The notes: generated from the sequence alone by a model not told the origin. 64,000 nucleotides of DNA from Eledone cirrhosa (GCA_964016885.1 OZ024750.1:43462001-43526000); one strand, 5' to 3'. Counted from the first letter of the stretch, positions 29,470 through 44,820 are shown. Numbers and translations: made by a program.

Positions 29470-30688
29470 AGAGTTTAAGCCAAATATTGCTCAAGTTATG
29501 CTGGAAGCAGACAAAGGTGAAAAAAATCAATTGAAGACGTACATTCCGCACCAAAATGACTTTTCTTCCTGTACTAACATCGAGTTTTCGTCTTTTGTAA
29601 CTCCTGGTTCAAAAACTTTCTTCACGAGAGTTTCTATCAGCGCCGATATGCTCGACAAAGACCCTTCAACATGGAAGGATGATCCTGGTTATAAAAGTGG
29701 ACTTGAACAAATTGAGAAGACAGTTGTTGTGAATGATGTTGCAGAAAGAGGTGTCAAACTCATTCAGGATTACAATAACATTCTCACAAAAGATGAAACT
29801 GAGAAATAATTTGTTTTACAGATCATTACCGAAAACCGTAAAACATACCCAACTGCCATTAAATCCTCTCTTCTACAAAAATAATTGTTTCTACTTTTTG
29901 GCACAAGGCCAGCAATTACCCAGTACATTACTGGTACTTTATTTTATCGACCCCGTAAGGATGAAAGGCAAAGTTAACCTCGGCGGGATTTGAACTCAGA
30001 TCATAAAGGGACATAACTATGCTAGAAAGCATGGCGTCTGACCCTCTACCGATACTGCCAATACAAAAATAATTGTTTCTACTTTAGGCACAAGGCCAGC
30101 AATTACCCAGTGCATTACTGGTACTTTATTTTATCGACCCCATAAGGATGAAAGGCAAAGTCAACCTCGACGGGATTTGAACTCAGACCGTAAAGGGACG
30201 TAACTATTCTGGAAAGCATGGAGTCCGAACCTCTACCTATAATGTCATCAGTGTTCACATTACGTTTTTGATTCTATAGAAATTATTGTTGCAAATAAAA
30301 ATGCGTTTCTCTTATAGAAGTTGTGAACTCTATCAAGAAAACCTAATATGTCTTCAGTTTTTCATGTTATTTCAGGAATTTTTCAAATTAACTATTGGTA
30401 AATTTGATTCAGAACGTTTTTAAACATTTGCTGGGGTTGCATGGATGTGTCCACATAAATTTCTCTAAGAATAAAAAAGAAAATGGTCGAGATTGGGAAC
30501 AGTATACCGCTTTTGAACAGAATCAATCGTTGCGTGGACTGTGTTCTAACTTCAAGGTGTTTGAGGGTCGCCTAACAGTTGTCCGATTGAGCTGAAATTT
30601 TGCACACCCTGTGTTTGTATTGATTGAAACAAGATTAGTGGGAGCAGCAATTTAACTTTCGGAAAATTACCTATTGCTAAGGGCCACC

Positions 30689-30691
<3 letters not shown>
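29470..30691 (+). mobile_element. hATm-like transposase C-terminus, 3' region and TIR, interrupted by two SINEs
   Basis: DPSTWKDDPGY...VVVNDVAERGVKLIQDYNNILTKDETEK*FVLQII; terminus reverse complement TAGGGTGGCC. Confidence 0.7.
29883..30238 (-). mobile_element. Two tandem Meta-domain SINEs (29883-30062, 30071-30238)
   Basis: Same consensus as 19434-19620. Confidence 0.88.
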
Positions 30692-30753
<62 letters not shown>

Positions 30754-30798
30754 AATATAACAATGAAAATACCAAAGTCGATGGTAGACCACACTGAG

Positions 30799-30862
<64 letters not shown>

Positions 30863-31079
30863 CTTATATATACAGATATATATGTGCGTGTATGTGTATA
30901 TCTGTTTGTGAGTATGTGTTTGTGTGCGCGTGTGTGTATGTGTGTGTGTGCGAGTGTATAAAAACGGGATGGTTACGGCTGAAGCATATAGGAAAAGTTC
31001 TGATGGATTAGAGATGACTTGGAGGTAAACAATAACAACGACAACAACAACCAGCAGAATAACATGGCAGAAAACCACA

Positions 31080-31910
31080 ACATACAACAAAAGCAACAAC
31101 CACAGTAACAACAACAACAGTAACAGCAAACACAACCACAGTAACAACAACAACAGTAACAGCAAACACAACCACAGTAACAACAACAACAACAACCACT
31201 GTAACAACAACAACAGCTACAGCAAACACAACCACAGTAACAACAACCACAGTAACAACAACTACAACAACCAGAGTAACAACAACAACAGCAAACTCAA
31301 CCACAGTAACAACAACAACAACCACAGTAACAACAACAACAACAACGACCACAGTAACAACAACAAAAGCAACAGCAAACTCAACCACAGTAACAACAAC
31401 AACAACAACCACAGTAACAACAGCAAACACAACCACAGTAACAACAACAAAAGCAACAGCAAACTCAACCAAAGCAACAACAACAAACACAACCACAGTA
31501 ACAACAACAACAAAAACCACAGTAACAACAACAGCAAACACAACCACAGCAACAACAACAAACACAACCACATTAACAACAACAACAACAACAACAGCAA
31601 CAACAGCAAACACAACCACAGCAACAACAACAAACACAACCACATTAACAACAACAACAACAACAACAGCAACAACAGCAAACACAACCACAGTAACAAC
31701 AACAACAAACACAACCACAGTAACAACAACAACAACAACAACAACAGCAACAACAGCAAACACAACCACAGTAACAACAACAACAAACACAACCACAGTA
31801 ACAACAACAACAAACACAACCACAGTAACAACAACAACAACAACCACAGTAACAACAACCACAGTAACAACAACAACAACAACAACAACCACAACCACAG
31901 TAACAACAAC
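31080..31910. repeat. (ACA)-derived minisatellite (AACCACAGTAACAACAAC variants)
   Basis: Direct inspection. Confidence 0.95.
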
Positions 31911-32718
31911 GATATTTTCCAGTTTCTCTGTCATGTCATGTAATTATCTGAAAGGTTTTTCTATCTAACAATATTTACAAAGTTGTAATGACTGGAGTTA
32001 AACATACTACACACACATACACATATATACACATATATACACATATATATATATATAGAGAGACAGACACACACATACACATATATACACATATACACAT
32101 ATATATATATATATACACATATATATATATAGAGACAGACACACACATACACATATATACACATATATACACATATATATATATATAGAGACAGACACAC
32201 ACATACACATATATACACATATACACATATATATATATACATACAGACACACACATAAAGACATACACACACATATACATATATACACATATATATATAT
32301 ATAGAGAGAGAGACAGGCACACACATACACATATATATATATACTACACACATATATATATACAGACACACACATAAAGACATTCACAGACAGATACATA
32401 CACACATATATATATATATATATAGACATACACACACATGGAAACATATTGACACACATACACACACAAATACAGACGGACGCAGACACACACACATACA
32501 CACATACATACACACACGCATACACAGAGACAAACAGGCAGACAGACACACGCACACAAACACACACACACTCAAACAAACACACACGCACACGCACACA
32601 CACATATATAACCGAAAAGTCGTTCCCTACCTCCACTCTCAAGCGTGAAACTAATACTAATATCATTTGTACTGCCTCTTCGTTTTTCTGTTTTTTGTTC
32701 TCTGTTTATTTATTAAAC

Positions 32719-32852
<134 letters not shown>

Positions 32853-32890
32853 CATATATATATACATATATACATATACATATATATATA

Positions 32891-33036
32891 TTGTTATACT
32901 TTGGGAGGGTCATGTTGCCAATAAGAAACACACGCACCAGTTGCTTTCACTTCAATTTATTATATATTTATAAATTTATAAATTCAACACACGATTTCAG
33001 ATAAAGAATCTTGCTAAACAAATTCAGAAACGAAAC
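32891..33036. mobile_element. Short family B PLE remnant (inverted end plus tail)
   Basis: Matches both ends of 6971-7324. Confidence 0.75.
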
Positions 33037-33373
33037 ATATATATATACATATACATATATATATACATATATACATATACATATATATATACATATACAT
33101 ATATATATACATATACACATATACATATATATATATATATATATATATGTATAGATGTATATACACATGTATGTGTATGTGTGTGTGTTTGAGTGAGAGT
33201 GTTTCAATAAGTTTCTATACATAACACACAGAAAACATATACATAGACATCCGCAATTGCACACACACACAAAAACACATACACACCTGCTTAAATAGCA
33301 TATACACACATTATATATATAGACAGATACACACACACACATACACACACCATCTTAAATAGCATATACACAA

Positions 33374-33439
<66 letters not shown>

Positions 33440-33441
<2 letters not shown>

Positions 33442-33974
33442 GTATAGGATTATCCAAGATGTAGTAATGGTTAATTACTACACTGGATATGGTTGACGTA
33501 CGGTAAGAGGTTACTCTACGAGTTATGGAAGAATTGTTCAAGAAACTTAGTTCCTGATCCTTCAGTATTCCGGAGTGTATATAAAGAATGAATAATAACA
33601 GGTAGACATCATAAAAAGGTAATTTATTCCGTGTGCTTACAAGTGTTTCCACGGTGGTACTGCAGCCTAGTTATGCTACGTGCAAATTCACAAGTACTTG
33701 CAGAACTCAAATATCCAATGCTGTGACCACTGTTTCCTCAGAGCAGAATGGTAAAATGAACAATGTAAATACCTATTTATGTAAATACGTATTTACATTG
33801 TTCATTTTACCATTCTGCTCTGAGGAAACAGTGGTCACAGCATTGGATATCTGAGTTCTGCAAGTACTTGTGAATTTGCACGTAGCATAACTAGGCTGCA
33901 GTACCACCGTGGAAACACTTGTAAGCACACGGAATAAATTACCTTTTTATGATGTCTACCTGTTATTATTCATT

Positions 33975-33983
<9 letters not shown>
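33440..33983. mobile_element. PLE-type hairpin (family H) with tail
   Basis: About 195-bp near-perfect inverted arms 33578-33983, tail 33440-33577, (TA)n flanks. Confidence 0.8.
33816..33927 (+). ncRNA. Hammerhead with very large stem II, family H (mirror copy - 33634-33745)
   Basis: UGCU-CUGAGGA-[85 nt closed by ACAGUGGU/ACCACCGU]-GAAA-C(ACUU)G-UA^-AGCA. Confidence 0.65.
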
Positions 33984-34035
<52 letters not shown>

Positions 34036-34104
34036 TATATACACACACACGCACACACACACTCACATATATATATATATACATATATATATACATTATA
34101 CATA

Positions 34105-34145
<41 letters not shown>

Positions 34146-34147
34146 GC

Positions 34148-34661
<514 letters not shown>

Positions 34662-34799
34662 CACTTTTTCCTCATGACTTGCTATCTCGATATCTCACTT
34701 CCACTATCAACAATAAAGAGGTATGAATATATTATTATTATTTAAATTTTTAACAGTTATAGAAGTTCATGTATTATATATTATTAATTATTTATATTT

Positions 34800-35101
34800 A
34801 TGGCGTAGGACAGAACAAAGGAGAGGCACAGAAACAAAGAAAGGAATCCCCAGTCACTAAAGAGGTCACAGAGTGTGTGACGAAAGAACTATGACAATAT
34901 ATAAACAACTATCTGGTTGTGGAACCAACCAACCAACCAGAAATTTATAAATTTATTATAAATTTATTATAATAAATTGAAGTGAAAGCAACTGGTGCGT
35001 GTGTTTCTTATTGGCAACATGACCCTCCCAAAGTATAACAATATCGGTTTCAACACACGATTTCAGATAAAGAATCTTGCTAAACAAATTCAGAAACGAA
35101 A
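34800..35101 (+). mobile_element. Family B PLE 3' end with tail (hammerhead core mutated, CUAAAGA)
   Basis: Identity to 6971-7324 and 39333-39602. Confidence 0.8.
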
Positions 35102-35266
35102 TATTTATATATCTTTATACACATTCTCATACGTACAATCTGTATTATATGTAATTTTTCATGTTTCAACTTAAGGTACATATATATCAAGTTTTGTCAT
35201 AACTAATCACTGCCATGACTAAATTATATAACCATCAACATAGTCAAGGTATGTCAGGCATCAACT

Positions 35267-35332
35267 TATTTTATCTGATGAGGACGTACTGTTGAAATAG
35301 TTCAGTACTTCTGAAATATGTATAATACAATA
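35267..35332 (+). ncRNA. Minimal hammerhead, family D
   Basis: UAUUUUAU-CUGAUGA-stem II (GUACUG/CAGUAC)-GAAA-U(AUGU)A-UA^-AUACAAUA. Confidence 0.7.
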
Positions 35333-35384
35333 TATTTGATCACATGAATGTCTATATTTATTAATATTTTGAAGTAATATATAC

Positions 35385-35501
<117 letters not shown>

Positions 35502-35502
35502 A

Positions 35503-36007
35503 TGTAGGAGGTGAGTTTTATTGTAGTACAATAAAGCAATGCAGATATCGGATAAGAAGCACTCTACAGTTTGTAGGACTGGAGTATACATAATATATAA
35601 GATCAAAAGATGGTTAAAAGAGTTCCATGTATTTTATTATGCGCCTTTCAAAAACAAATATCATCATGCAATAACATTTGTGTTTTCATCAGATAAAATA
35701 GGAAGACATGATATGAAGGTTAAAATACACTTGTGAATAGTGCAGTTTTAAATCAACATATGAAAAGTAATTTAAGATTGATGTGTGATATTGGGAAAAA
35801 AATGAGGGGGGGGGGGGTTGGAAAGGATGAAAAAGAGGAGGAGATGAGAGTTGATTTAATACTGCACTATTCACAAGTGTGTTTTAACCTTCATATCATG
35901 TCTTCCTATTTTATCTGATGAAAACACAAATATTATTGCATGATGATATTTGTTTTTGAAATGCGCATAATAAAATACATGGAACTCTTTTAACCATCTT
36001 TTGATCT

Positions 36008-36016
<9 letters not shown>
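35503..36016. mobile_element. Family C PLE hairpin with tail; hammerheads at - 35630-35700 and + 35907-35977
   Basis: About 160-bp inverted arms. UAUUUUAU-CUGAUGA-stem II-GAAA-U(GCGC)A-UA^-AUAAAAUA. Confidence 0.85.
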
Positions 36017-36043
<27 letters not shown>

Positions 36044-36239
36044 GAATATTTTCGAAACAGCGAGTTGGTTTGAAATTATTAGAAATGTAATTTCTTTAAT
36101 TTCTTTAGTCAAAATACAGTGATAGCTTACATTTCTAATATATATATATATATATATGTAGACAACACACACCAAAACTATTGGCCATGTGGTCATACTT
36201 AAGCCCTCAAATATACATACATACATGTATATATATATA

Positions 36240-36297
<58 letters not shown>

Positions 36298-36619
36298 AAT
36301 AAATAAAAAACAAACAAACATAAATACATTCATAGATACATACATACATAAATACATGCATATATATATGCATACAAACATATATATATATATATTTATT
36401 TATACATACATACATATACACACATATATATATATATACATACATATATATACATATATATAGATATATATATACATACACATATATATATATACATACA
36501 TATGTATACATGTATATATATACATATATATATGTATATGTATGTATATATATATATGTATATATATGTATACATATATTTTTATATATATATACATATA
36601 TATATATATCTACTTTAAT

Positions 36620-36698
<79 letters not shown>

Positions 36699-36702
36699 CA
36701 TA

Positions 36703-36823
<121 letters not shown>

Positions 36824-37279
36824 GTATATATATAGTAATAATAATAGTAATATATATATATGTACATACACATATATATATGTATATATATATATAATAG
36901 TAATATATATATAGTAATATATATATATATATATATACATATATATACATATACACACAAAACACACAAACACATATACACGCGTACACTGACAAAAACA
37001 AACATGCACACACAACGGAGACACACACAAACACACACACAGACATACACACACAAACACACACAGACGCACAAAGAAACACACATACACACATACACAC
37101 AAAGAAACACACAAAGATGTAATATCTTTTTTTTCTCTGCAATGTTGATTTGCTGCCGACAAAACGGAAGTCAACACAGGAAGATTATCCTGAAAATTAG
37201 AATTTAAGAAAATGAAAAACAAATATAATAAATATAATGAAATATCTATTATGAATAAAAATATATACACAACAATATA

Positions 37280-37363
<84 letters not shown>

Positions 37364-37474
37364 CATATATATATATATATATTCTTATGTTTATATATAT
37401 ATTTATATATTTCTTATGTTTATATATATTTATATATTTATTATGTTTATATATATTTATATATTTCTTATGAT

Positions 37475-37506
<32 letters not shown>

Positions 37507-37518
37507 TATGTGTGTGTG

Positions 37519-37571
<53 letters not shown>

Positions 37572-37625
37572 TTATATATTTCTTATATTTATATATATTT
37601 AGATATTTCTTATGATTATATATAG

Positions 37626-37711
<86 letters not shown>

Positions 37712-37877
37712 GTGTGTGTGTATGTATATATATATATATGTGTGTGTGTAGATATATATATGTGTGTGTGTGTATATATATATATATTTGTGCGTTTATT
37801 TATTTCGACTTTTTGCTAGAATCTGCAAATACTAAATACTGAAACACCAAATGAAGGCACCATAATTAACACCACCG

Positions 37878-37940
<63 letters not shown>

Positions 37941-38003
37941 TATATATATATATATTATTATATACACATTATATATTATATATATTATTATATTATATAT
38001 TAT

Positions 38004-38194
38004 AATTGTTTCTACTATTGGCACAAGGCCAGCAATTATCCCAGTGCATTACTGGTACTTTATTTTATCGACCCCGTAAAGATGAAAGGCAAAGTTAACC
38101 TCGGCGGGATTTGAACTAAGACCATAAAGGGCCGTAACTCTATGCGTCAAAGCACGGCGTACGACCCTCTACTGATGCTGCCAATCCACCGCCC
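38004..38194 (-). mobile_element. Full-length Meta-domain SINE
   Basis: Same consensus as 19434-19620. Confidence 0.88.
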
Positions 38195-38403
38195 TATTAT
38201 ATTATGATATAATGAGATATCTTTTGTTATATGTAGCTACACTCCCTATAAACTAATGGATAACTTTAATCACCATTCTTTTAATTAATAAACAATGGGA
38301 AACTATATTTATCATGTATATATTTTATGTGTGTGAAGATATATATATTTATATATAAAAGTATATATAAGTATACATGCATGCATACGTGTGTATATAT
38401 ATG

Positions 38404-38510
<107 letters not shown>

Positions 38511-38523
38511 GTATATATATATG

Positions 38524-38554
<31 letters not shown>

Positions 38555-38567
38555 GTATATATAAATA

Positions 38568-38668
<101 letters not shown>

Positions 38669-38755
38669 TTCTATATGTATATATATATATATATATATAT
38701 TTATGTATATATATATATGTATACACACAGACACACATATATATACATATATATA

Positions 38756-38831
<76 letters not shown>

Positions 38832-38836
<5 letters not shown>

Positions 38837-39275
38837 CAAAATATTAACAAATGAAAAATATTCTCATTATCAAAATTTATACTTTATTATATATATTTCA
38901 AAGGTACTGTGTTGTTTTTTCAGTACGTCCTCATCAGACAAAATATATAATTTGATATATGACATACCGCTACGATCTTGATTATTCAATTCCAGTTTTG
39001 GCAGTTGAATAATCAATTGGAATTGAATAATCAAGACCGTAGCGGTATGTCATATATCAAAGCATATATTTTGTCTGATGAGGACGTACTAAAAAAAACA
39101 ACACACTACCTTTGAAATATATATAATAAAGTATATATTTTGATTATGAGAATATTTTTCATTTGTTAATATTTTGAACAATATTAAACACTCCAGGCAA
39201 ACACACTGTTGAGTGCTTCTAATCTATTGTAAAATTGTAGTCATTGAGTAATCAACGAACCATACTAATCTTTGG

Positions 39276-39278
<3 letters not shown>
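38832..39278. mobile_element. Family D PLE hairpin with tail; hammerheads at - 38880-38945 and + 39067-39133
   Basis: About 160-bp inverted arms, tail 39184-39278, (TA)n flanks. Confidence 0.8.
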
Positions 39279-39332
<54 letters not shown>

Positions 39333-39335
<3 letters not shown>

Positions 39336-39596
39336 CGTTTCTGAATTTGTTTAGCAAGATTCTTTATCTGAAATCGTGTGTTTATACCGATATTGTTATA
39401 CCCAGTCACTGAAGAGGTCACAGAGTGTGTGACGAAAGAACTATGACTATATATAAACAACTATCTGGTTGTGGAACCAACCAACCAACCAGAAATTTAT
39501 AAATTTATAAATTTATTATAAATTTATTATAATAAATTGAAGTGAAAGCAACTGGTGCGTGTGTTTCTTATTGGCAACATGACCCTCCCAAAGTAT

Positions 39597-39602
<6 letters not shown>
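39333..39602. mobile_element. Family B PLE remnant; intact hammerhead + 39404-39448
   Basis: AGUCA-CUGAAGA...GAAAGAACUA^UGACU; inverted tail on the left. Confidence 0.8.
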
Positions 39603-39641
<39 letters not shown>

Positions 39642-40129
39642 AATAGACATACAGTATATATAATATATATATTTAACATACATTTGCACTCATATGCATA
39701 CATATATATATATATATATGTGTGTGTACATATATATGGTATGGTGGGCTGTGCTGTTGTTAAAGGAACCTCAACATTCAAATCCCTTCCGTCATTGACA
39801 ATCGTTGACAAGTCCTTGATTGCTAAGCCTTTGATGTGATCGCAAGCTCCCCATCCCCTTCTTTATTGATAACACCTTGCCCCCCTTCCCCCACTACCGA
39901 TTACAGGAATGGCTGGTGTAGAGCATCATCATTGTCGTCATCATCACCATCACCATCATCACCATCACCATCATCATCACCATCGCCATCATCACCATCA
40001 TCATCGTCATCATTATTGTCATCATCATATCACCATCGTCATCGTTAACGCCATCATCATCATCATCATCGCCATCATCACCATCATCATCGTCATCATC
40101 ATTGTCATCGCCAGAGTCTGCCCACCAGA

Positions 40130-41280
40130 AACTACCAGAAGTGCACAATAAAACAAAGCACTATAAGCAAGTGTAGAATATGTGGAGATAGAGAAGAAAC
40201 AATCAACCACATAGTCTCTGGAAGCCCAGCTCTAGCCGAAAAGGAATATATCCACAGGCAAGATAGAGTAGGGACCTTCATACACTGGAAGTTATGCCAG
40301 CATTATGAAATACCAACAGAAAAAGATGGTATAAACACACACCAGAAAAAGTGTCAGAGAATGACAAAGTAACCATTCTCTCGCATATACCAATACATAG
40401 AGACAGCGAGATCAAAGTCAACCGACCATATAGTCAACCGACTATATATGTCAAAGATCACAAAGAAAAAAAAATGCCTTCTAATAGTGGTGTCTATCAC
40501 CACAGATGACAATATATCTTCCAAGGAAATAGAAGAGCTCTCCAAATGTAATGATCTAGATTTAGAAATAACTCGAATGTGGAAAATGAAAACAGAAACA
40601 ATATCTATAATAATAGGTGCTCTAGGAATGATAACAAACACAGACAAATACATAACCAAAACACCAATACTTGCAAATATATACAACATACGGAAGATAG
40701 CACTACTAGACACTGTATATATATTATATAGTGTACCACAGGACTTACAAATATATACAACATACAGAAGATAGCACTACTAGGTACTGTATATATATTA
40801 TATAGAGTACCACAGGACTTACAAATATATACAACATACAAAAGATAGCACTTCTAGGTACTGTATATATATTATATAGAGTACCGCATGACTTACAAAT
40901 ATATACAACATACAAAAGATAGCACTTCTAGGTACTGTATATATATTATATAGAGTACCACAGGACTTACAAATATATACAACATACAAAAGATAGCACT
41001 TCTAGGTACTGTATATATATTATATAGAGTACCGCATGACTTACAAATATATACAACATACAAAAGATAGCACTACTAGGTACTGTATATATATTATATA
41101 GAGTACCACAGGACTTACAAATATATACAACATACAAAAGATAGCACTACTAGACACTGCACACATATTACGAAAAGTACTATCAATACAATAGAAACAA
41201 CACCAAAGACTACACTGCACATACCCAAGGCACACAGAGCTGTGCTCGGTAAAGCACTAATGGTGTACAATAAAAATAAT
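40130..41280 (+). mobile_element. RLE-type non-LTR retrotransposon (R4/Dong/NeSL-like) 3' end
   Basis: CRICG...ETINHIVSG...HRQDRVGTFIHWKLC...KKCLLI...IIIGALGMI...IQKIALLDTAHILRKVLSI (CCHC plus restriction-like endonuclease); frameshifted. Confidence 0.88.
40668..41165. repeat. 74-bp tandem repeat (about 7 units) inside the LINE ORF
   Basis: Units start at 40668, 40742, 40816, 40890, 40964, 41038 and 41112. Confidence 0.95.
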
Positions 41281-41296
41281 AGTGGAAATAATAATA

Positions 41297-41350
41297 ATTG
41301 TTTCTACTTTTGGCACAAGGCCAGCAATTATCCAGTGCATTACTGGTACT
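41297..41350 (-). mobile_element. 3' stub of Meta-domain SINE
   Basis: AATTGTTTCTAC...ACTGGTACT, cut where the Tx1 element begins. Confidence 0.8.
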
Positions 41351-44300
41351 AATAATAAAAGAAGAAAAAACATTAGAGACGGCACAGAACAGTACAGGAC
41401 GATACAAAGTGGGTTTTGATCGTGTAAACAGGTTCTAACAAAATTGGGCTGGATATAAAAAAAAATTCAAACAACAAAAATTCCCCCAAAAGGTTGAAAC
41501 CTCCGAGGGTCACCATTGAACGGCTTTCGTCCCCTCATGTCTTAGAGCACACGCTCTAGCTCTGACAACGCAGCCTTCATGCTTTGCGTTGAAGAATTGG
41601 TCGAGTGCCAATCTCGCCGCAAGCACGTCGGTTGCGATGCTTGTCCTAAACGCCTCTTCTAGCTTTCTGACTAGCTCTCCCTCTACTCTATTTTCCTCTA
41701 TCACTACTCCTTTGCTAAACCTTATCTATTCTAGTCTAATAGCCCTTTTCAGGGTAAACTACCACCTGTTGTTGACGATCGCACCCGTCAACGCACGCTT
41801 AACTAATTCGCTCATCCAGTCTCTGTAAGCTTTACGCGCCGGGAACTACGCGTTCAGCTTCCAGTAGCCGGGCCCTTGCCTATAGAGTCCATATAAGGCA
41901 ACTTCACAGATCACAAATTTGTGGTCCGTGTAGTCGACTACTTTAAATTGTGGACAGCCTACACTAGCCTTATCTGTTTCGCTACAGAATACCCTATCTA
42001 AATACGATCTGGATGACCCGATGCGGTTTGCCCATGTCCACATTGGCACATTCGAACAATCCATTCTATACCTGTCAGACAGTTCAAAAGTTTGAGCAGG
42101 TTGTTGAGGCTTTTACACCCTCCTGCCCTGTCTACTAGCCACACATAATCCCAGCGTGCATCTAAGATACCGTTCCAGTCGCCCACTAACACTAAAGAGT
42201 GTGACGTTCCAAGAAAGGTCACTAGACGTCTGAAGAAATCTGGCCGTCCTGCCCCTGTTGGGGCGTAGACGGCTACTAGCCTGAAAGCATTACTTTCGCT
42301 GCCGGTCACGTCCAGCACCACCAACTTACCTTCTGGGTCCAGGAAGATGGCCCGTATTGCGAGATCCAAGCCTCTCCGAAAAAGCACGGCAACCCATCCC
42401 CCGATCCCGGACGGCTGGTAGATGCGTATACATCGTAGCCGCCGAAGATCGGCATGAAGGCTCGTGCTTCGGAGATTCTGGTCTCGCTGATAGCCACCAC
42501 ATCTATATTTAGTGACCTGACGTCGTTGAGCAGGTGACCCTGCTTCCAAGATGACCCCAAACCATATACATTTATACTGCCTATTCTAAGTACGGCCATG
42601 TTGGATGAGAAACGGGGTAAATGAGAAAGGAGCACTTACCTCGGTCGTGTGGCTGGTCATTGGTGTTTCCTAGAGGATGTCTGTGTATATCCTCTTGGTA
42701 ACCGGCCCACTGAAGTCTCCAACTGCGTTGGGAAATTTTTGTTTTAAAAGTTTGTAATGTTCTATTTTGATTTCAATGATGCTTATGTTTGTCGGGAGAG
42801 TTCTTGGTGTTGGTGGGGTGTAGTAGTTTTTTTTTTCTGTGACGTCTGTGGGCTGTTTATATGTTGTAAGAGTTCTTTATTTGCCATGTTTATGGCTGTG
42901 TACTTTTTGCGGGAAGGGGTGATTTTGTTGCTGTTTTCTTGTTCTTGCTGTTAGGTGTGTGTGCTTTGTTGTGTTTGCGATGTTGGGGTGTTTGGTGATG
43001 CTGGTGGTGGTGTGGTTGTTGTTGGTGGTGATGCTTGTGGTAGTGATGGTGATGGTGGTGGCATTGCTGCAAGTCTCCTTGCAGCCTTTACGCCTCTTCG
43101 TTTGCCTTCGCTTTGGAGGGTGAAGCTAAGGGGTTTTTCCTTTCTTGTTTTTTGTGGCAGACCGTTTGCCACTACCCACCCGCCTCATACTCCACATCGG
43201 ATTCCGTGGCGCCTGTGAGGGGTATGAGCTTCACTGCTGTTGGTGGTGGTAGTAGAGCCCGCTCCGGCGATTTTGCCGCCGGTGTAGCTACTGCGACTGT
43301 TGGTGTTGCCGCCACTGCTGCCGCTGTTTTAGTTGTCCGTGGCATTGGTATGGGTTCCACTGACGTTGCCCTTCTACTCACTATGGAAGGGTCTTCTGCC
43401 TAAGTTGCCTGCTCTGCTCTTGGTAGGAGAGGATCCGCCGTCGGAAGGAGGGGCGCCCTCTTCTTGGCTGTTTTTTGCGGGCAGAAGGCCTTGAGGTGAC
43501 CCATCTACCCATAGAGATAGCACTTTGGGCGCCTTCCTTCCACGCTTATAGGGAGTTGGCGTCCTTCTTCGAGGTCTATGATATCTGGGATGGCCTCGAT
43601 GCACTCCTGGTCAGTCTGTATTACCATTCGCATGCCTATTCCTGACCAGTTCTCTCTTCCCATTCTCTGTATTTGCAGTATGGTGGTCTTCTCCTAGATT
43701 CCAGCCAGCACAGACGCGGCCAGCCAAGGTATGCGCACGTCGGGCGGGACCTGGGTCACTTTGACCCTCACAATTTTCTGCCCGCAGTAGGAGGGTACCA
43801 AGACTATCTCCTCACCCTTTAGGGTTTCCAAAGAGTAAGACTTCGTCTGTTGGGGGGGGGGGGGGGACAAGTACGTTTACTGTGGTGTACTTTTTGCCTC
43901 AGGTGATGTGGGTTTTGCGCGCCTAGACGCACCCCAAGGCCTTTTGGATTTGACCCTTCGTGGCTCTCTCCACCCATTTTGTTTACGGTGCGGTAAGTCA
44001 CCGTGCTCAGCTGCTGGTCTTTGAAGAAATCGGGTGGAGGTTTCAGGGAAACTCTATTTTCATTTCTAGTCACCATGGCTCTTGCGACTACCATCTCCTC
44101 CTCCGTGACTAGCACTGTCTCTATATTTCGAGCCACGCCTGCGAAAGAAGTGGCCCCTTTTTCAGTGGCACCATTATTGCTGCCGCTACTGGTCTTCTTG
44201 TTGGTGCTGTTGCTGTTGCTACTGCTACAAACGGTGTTGTTGGTGTTGTTGCTGTTATCACTGTTGTAGTTGGTTGTGCTTTTGGTGCCACCGTTGTTGT

Positions 44301-44595
44301 TGTTTTCGGTGCAATTTGTATTGTTGCTGTTGGTGTTGTCGTTGTTTATTTTCCTGTTAGTGGTGTTAATATCGTTGTTGCGTTTGTTGTCATTTTTTTC
44401 TGTTGTCTGTATTTTGGTTGACGCTGTTATTGTTGTAGTTGGTGTGGTCACTTTTTCAAAATTAGTGTTCTCAGTGTTGTCTTTGTTCACGTTGTTTGTG
44501 GTGGAGTTTGTTGTATGAATTTCACCAACCCTCCTCTCAACTTTTACGTCGTTGTCACACGACAGCAGACATATTGCTGGGGGCGTGGCTCAGCT
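41351..44595 (-). mobile_element. L1/Tx1-clade LINE with ORF1 and APE endonuclease but no RT
   Basis: ORF1 from about 44490 with decayed knuckle KCYLYG*MGHLKAFCP. ORF2 ATG at 42599: MAVLRIGSINVYGL...AISETR...LVGDWNGILD...SYLDRVF...TDHKFV...GPGYWKLNA. Coding ends at about 41510. Confidence 0.9.
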
Positions 44596-44820
44596 ATGTT
44601 TTTTTTTTTTTAATTTTCAAAAGTAAAATGTTCAAATATTGTTCAAATATTTGGGCCAAAAGGCCTAAATATTATACTTTCTCCTTCACAGGGCAAAGTC
44701 CAAGGGCTTATATCCCTAACACAACAAGAACAATTTAACAACAAATAATTATAACAAGTACATAAAGCGACTTACTGGGAGCGATCAAAAAGGACGTCCG
44801 AAAAGATGGTAGTAATTAAT

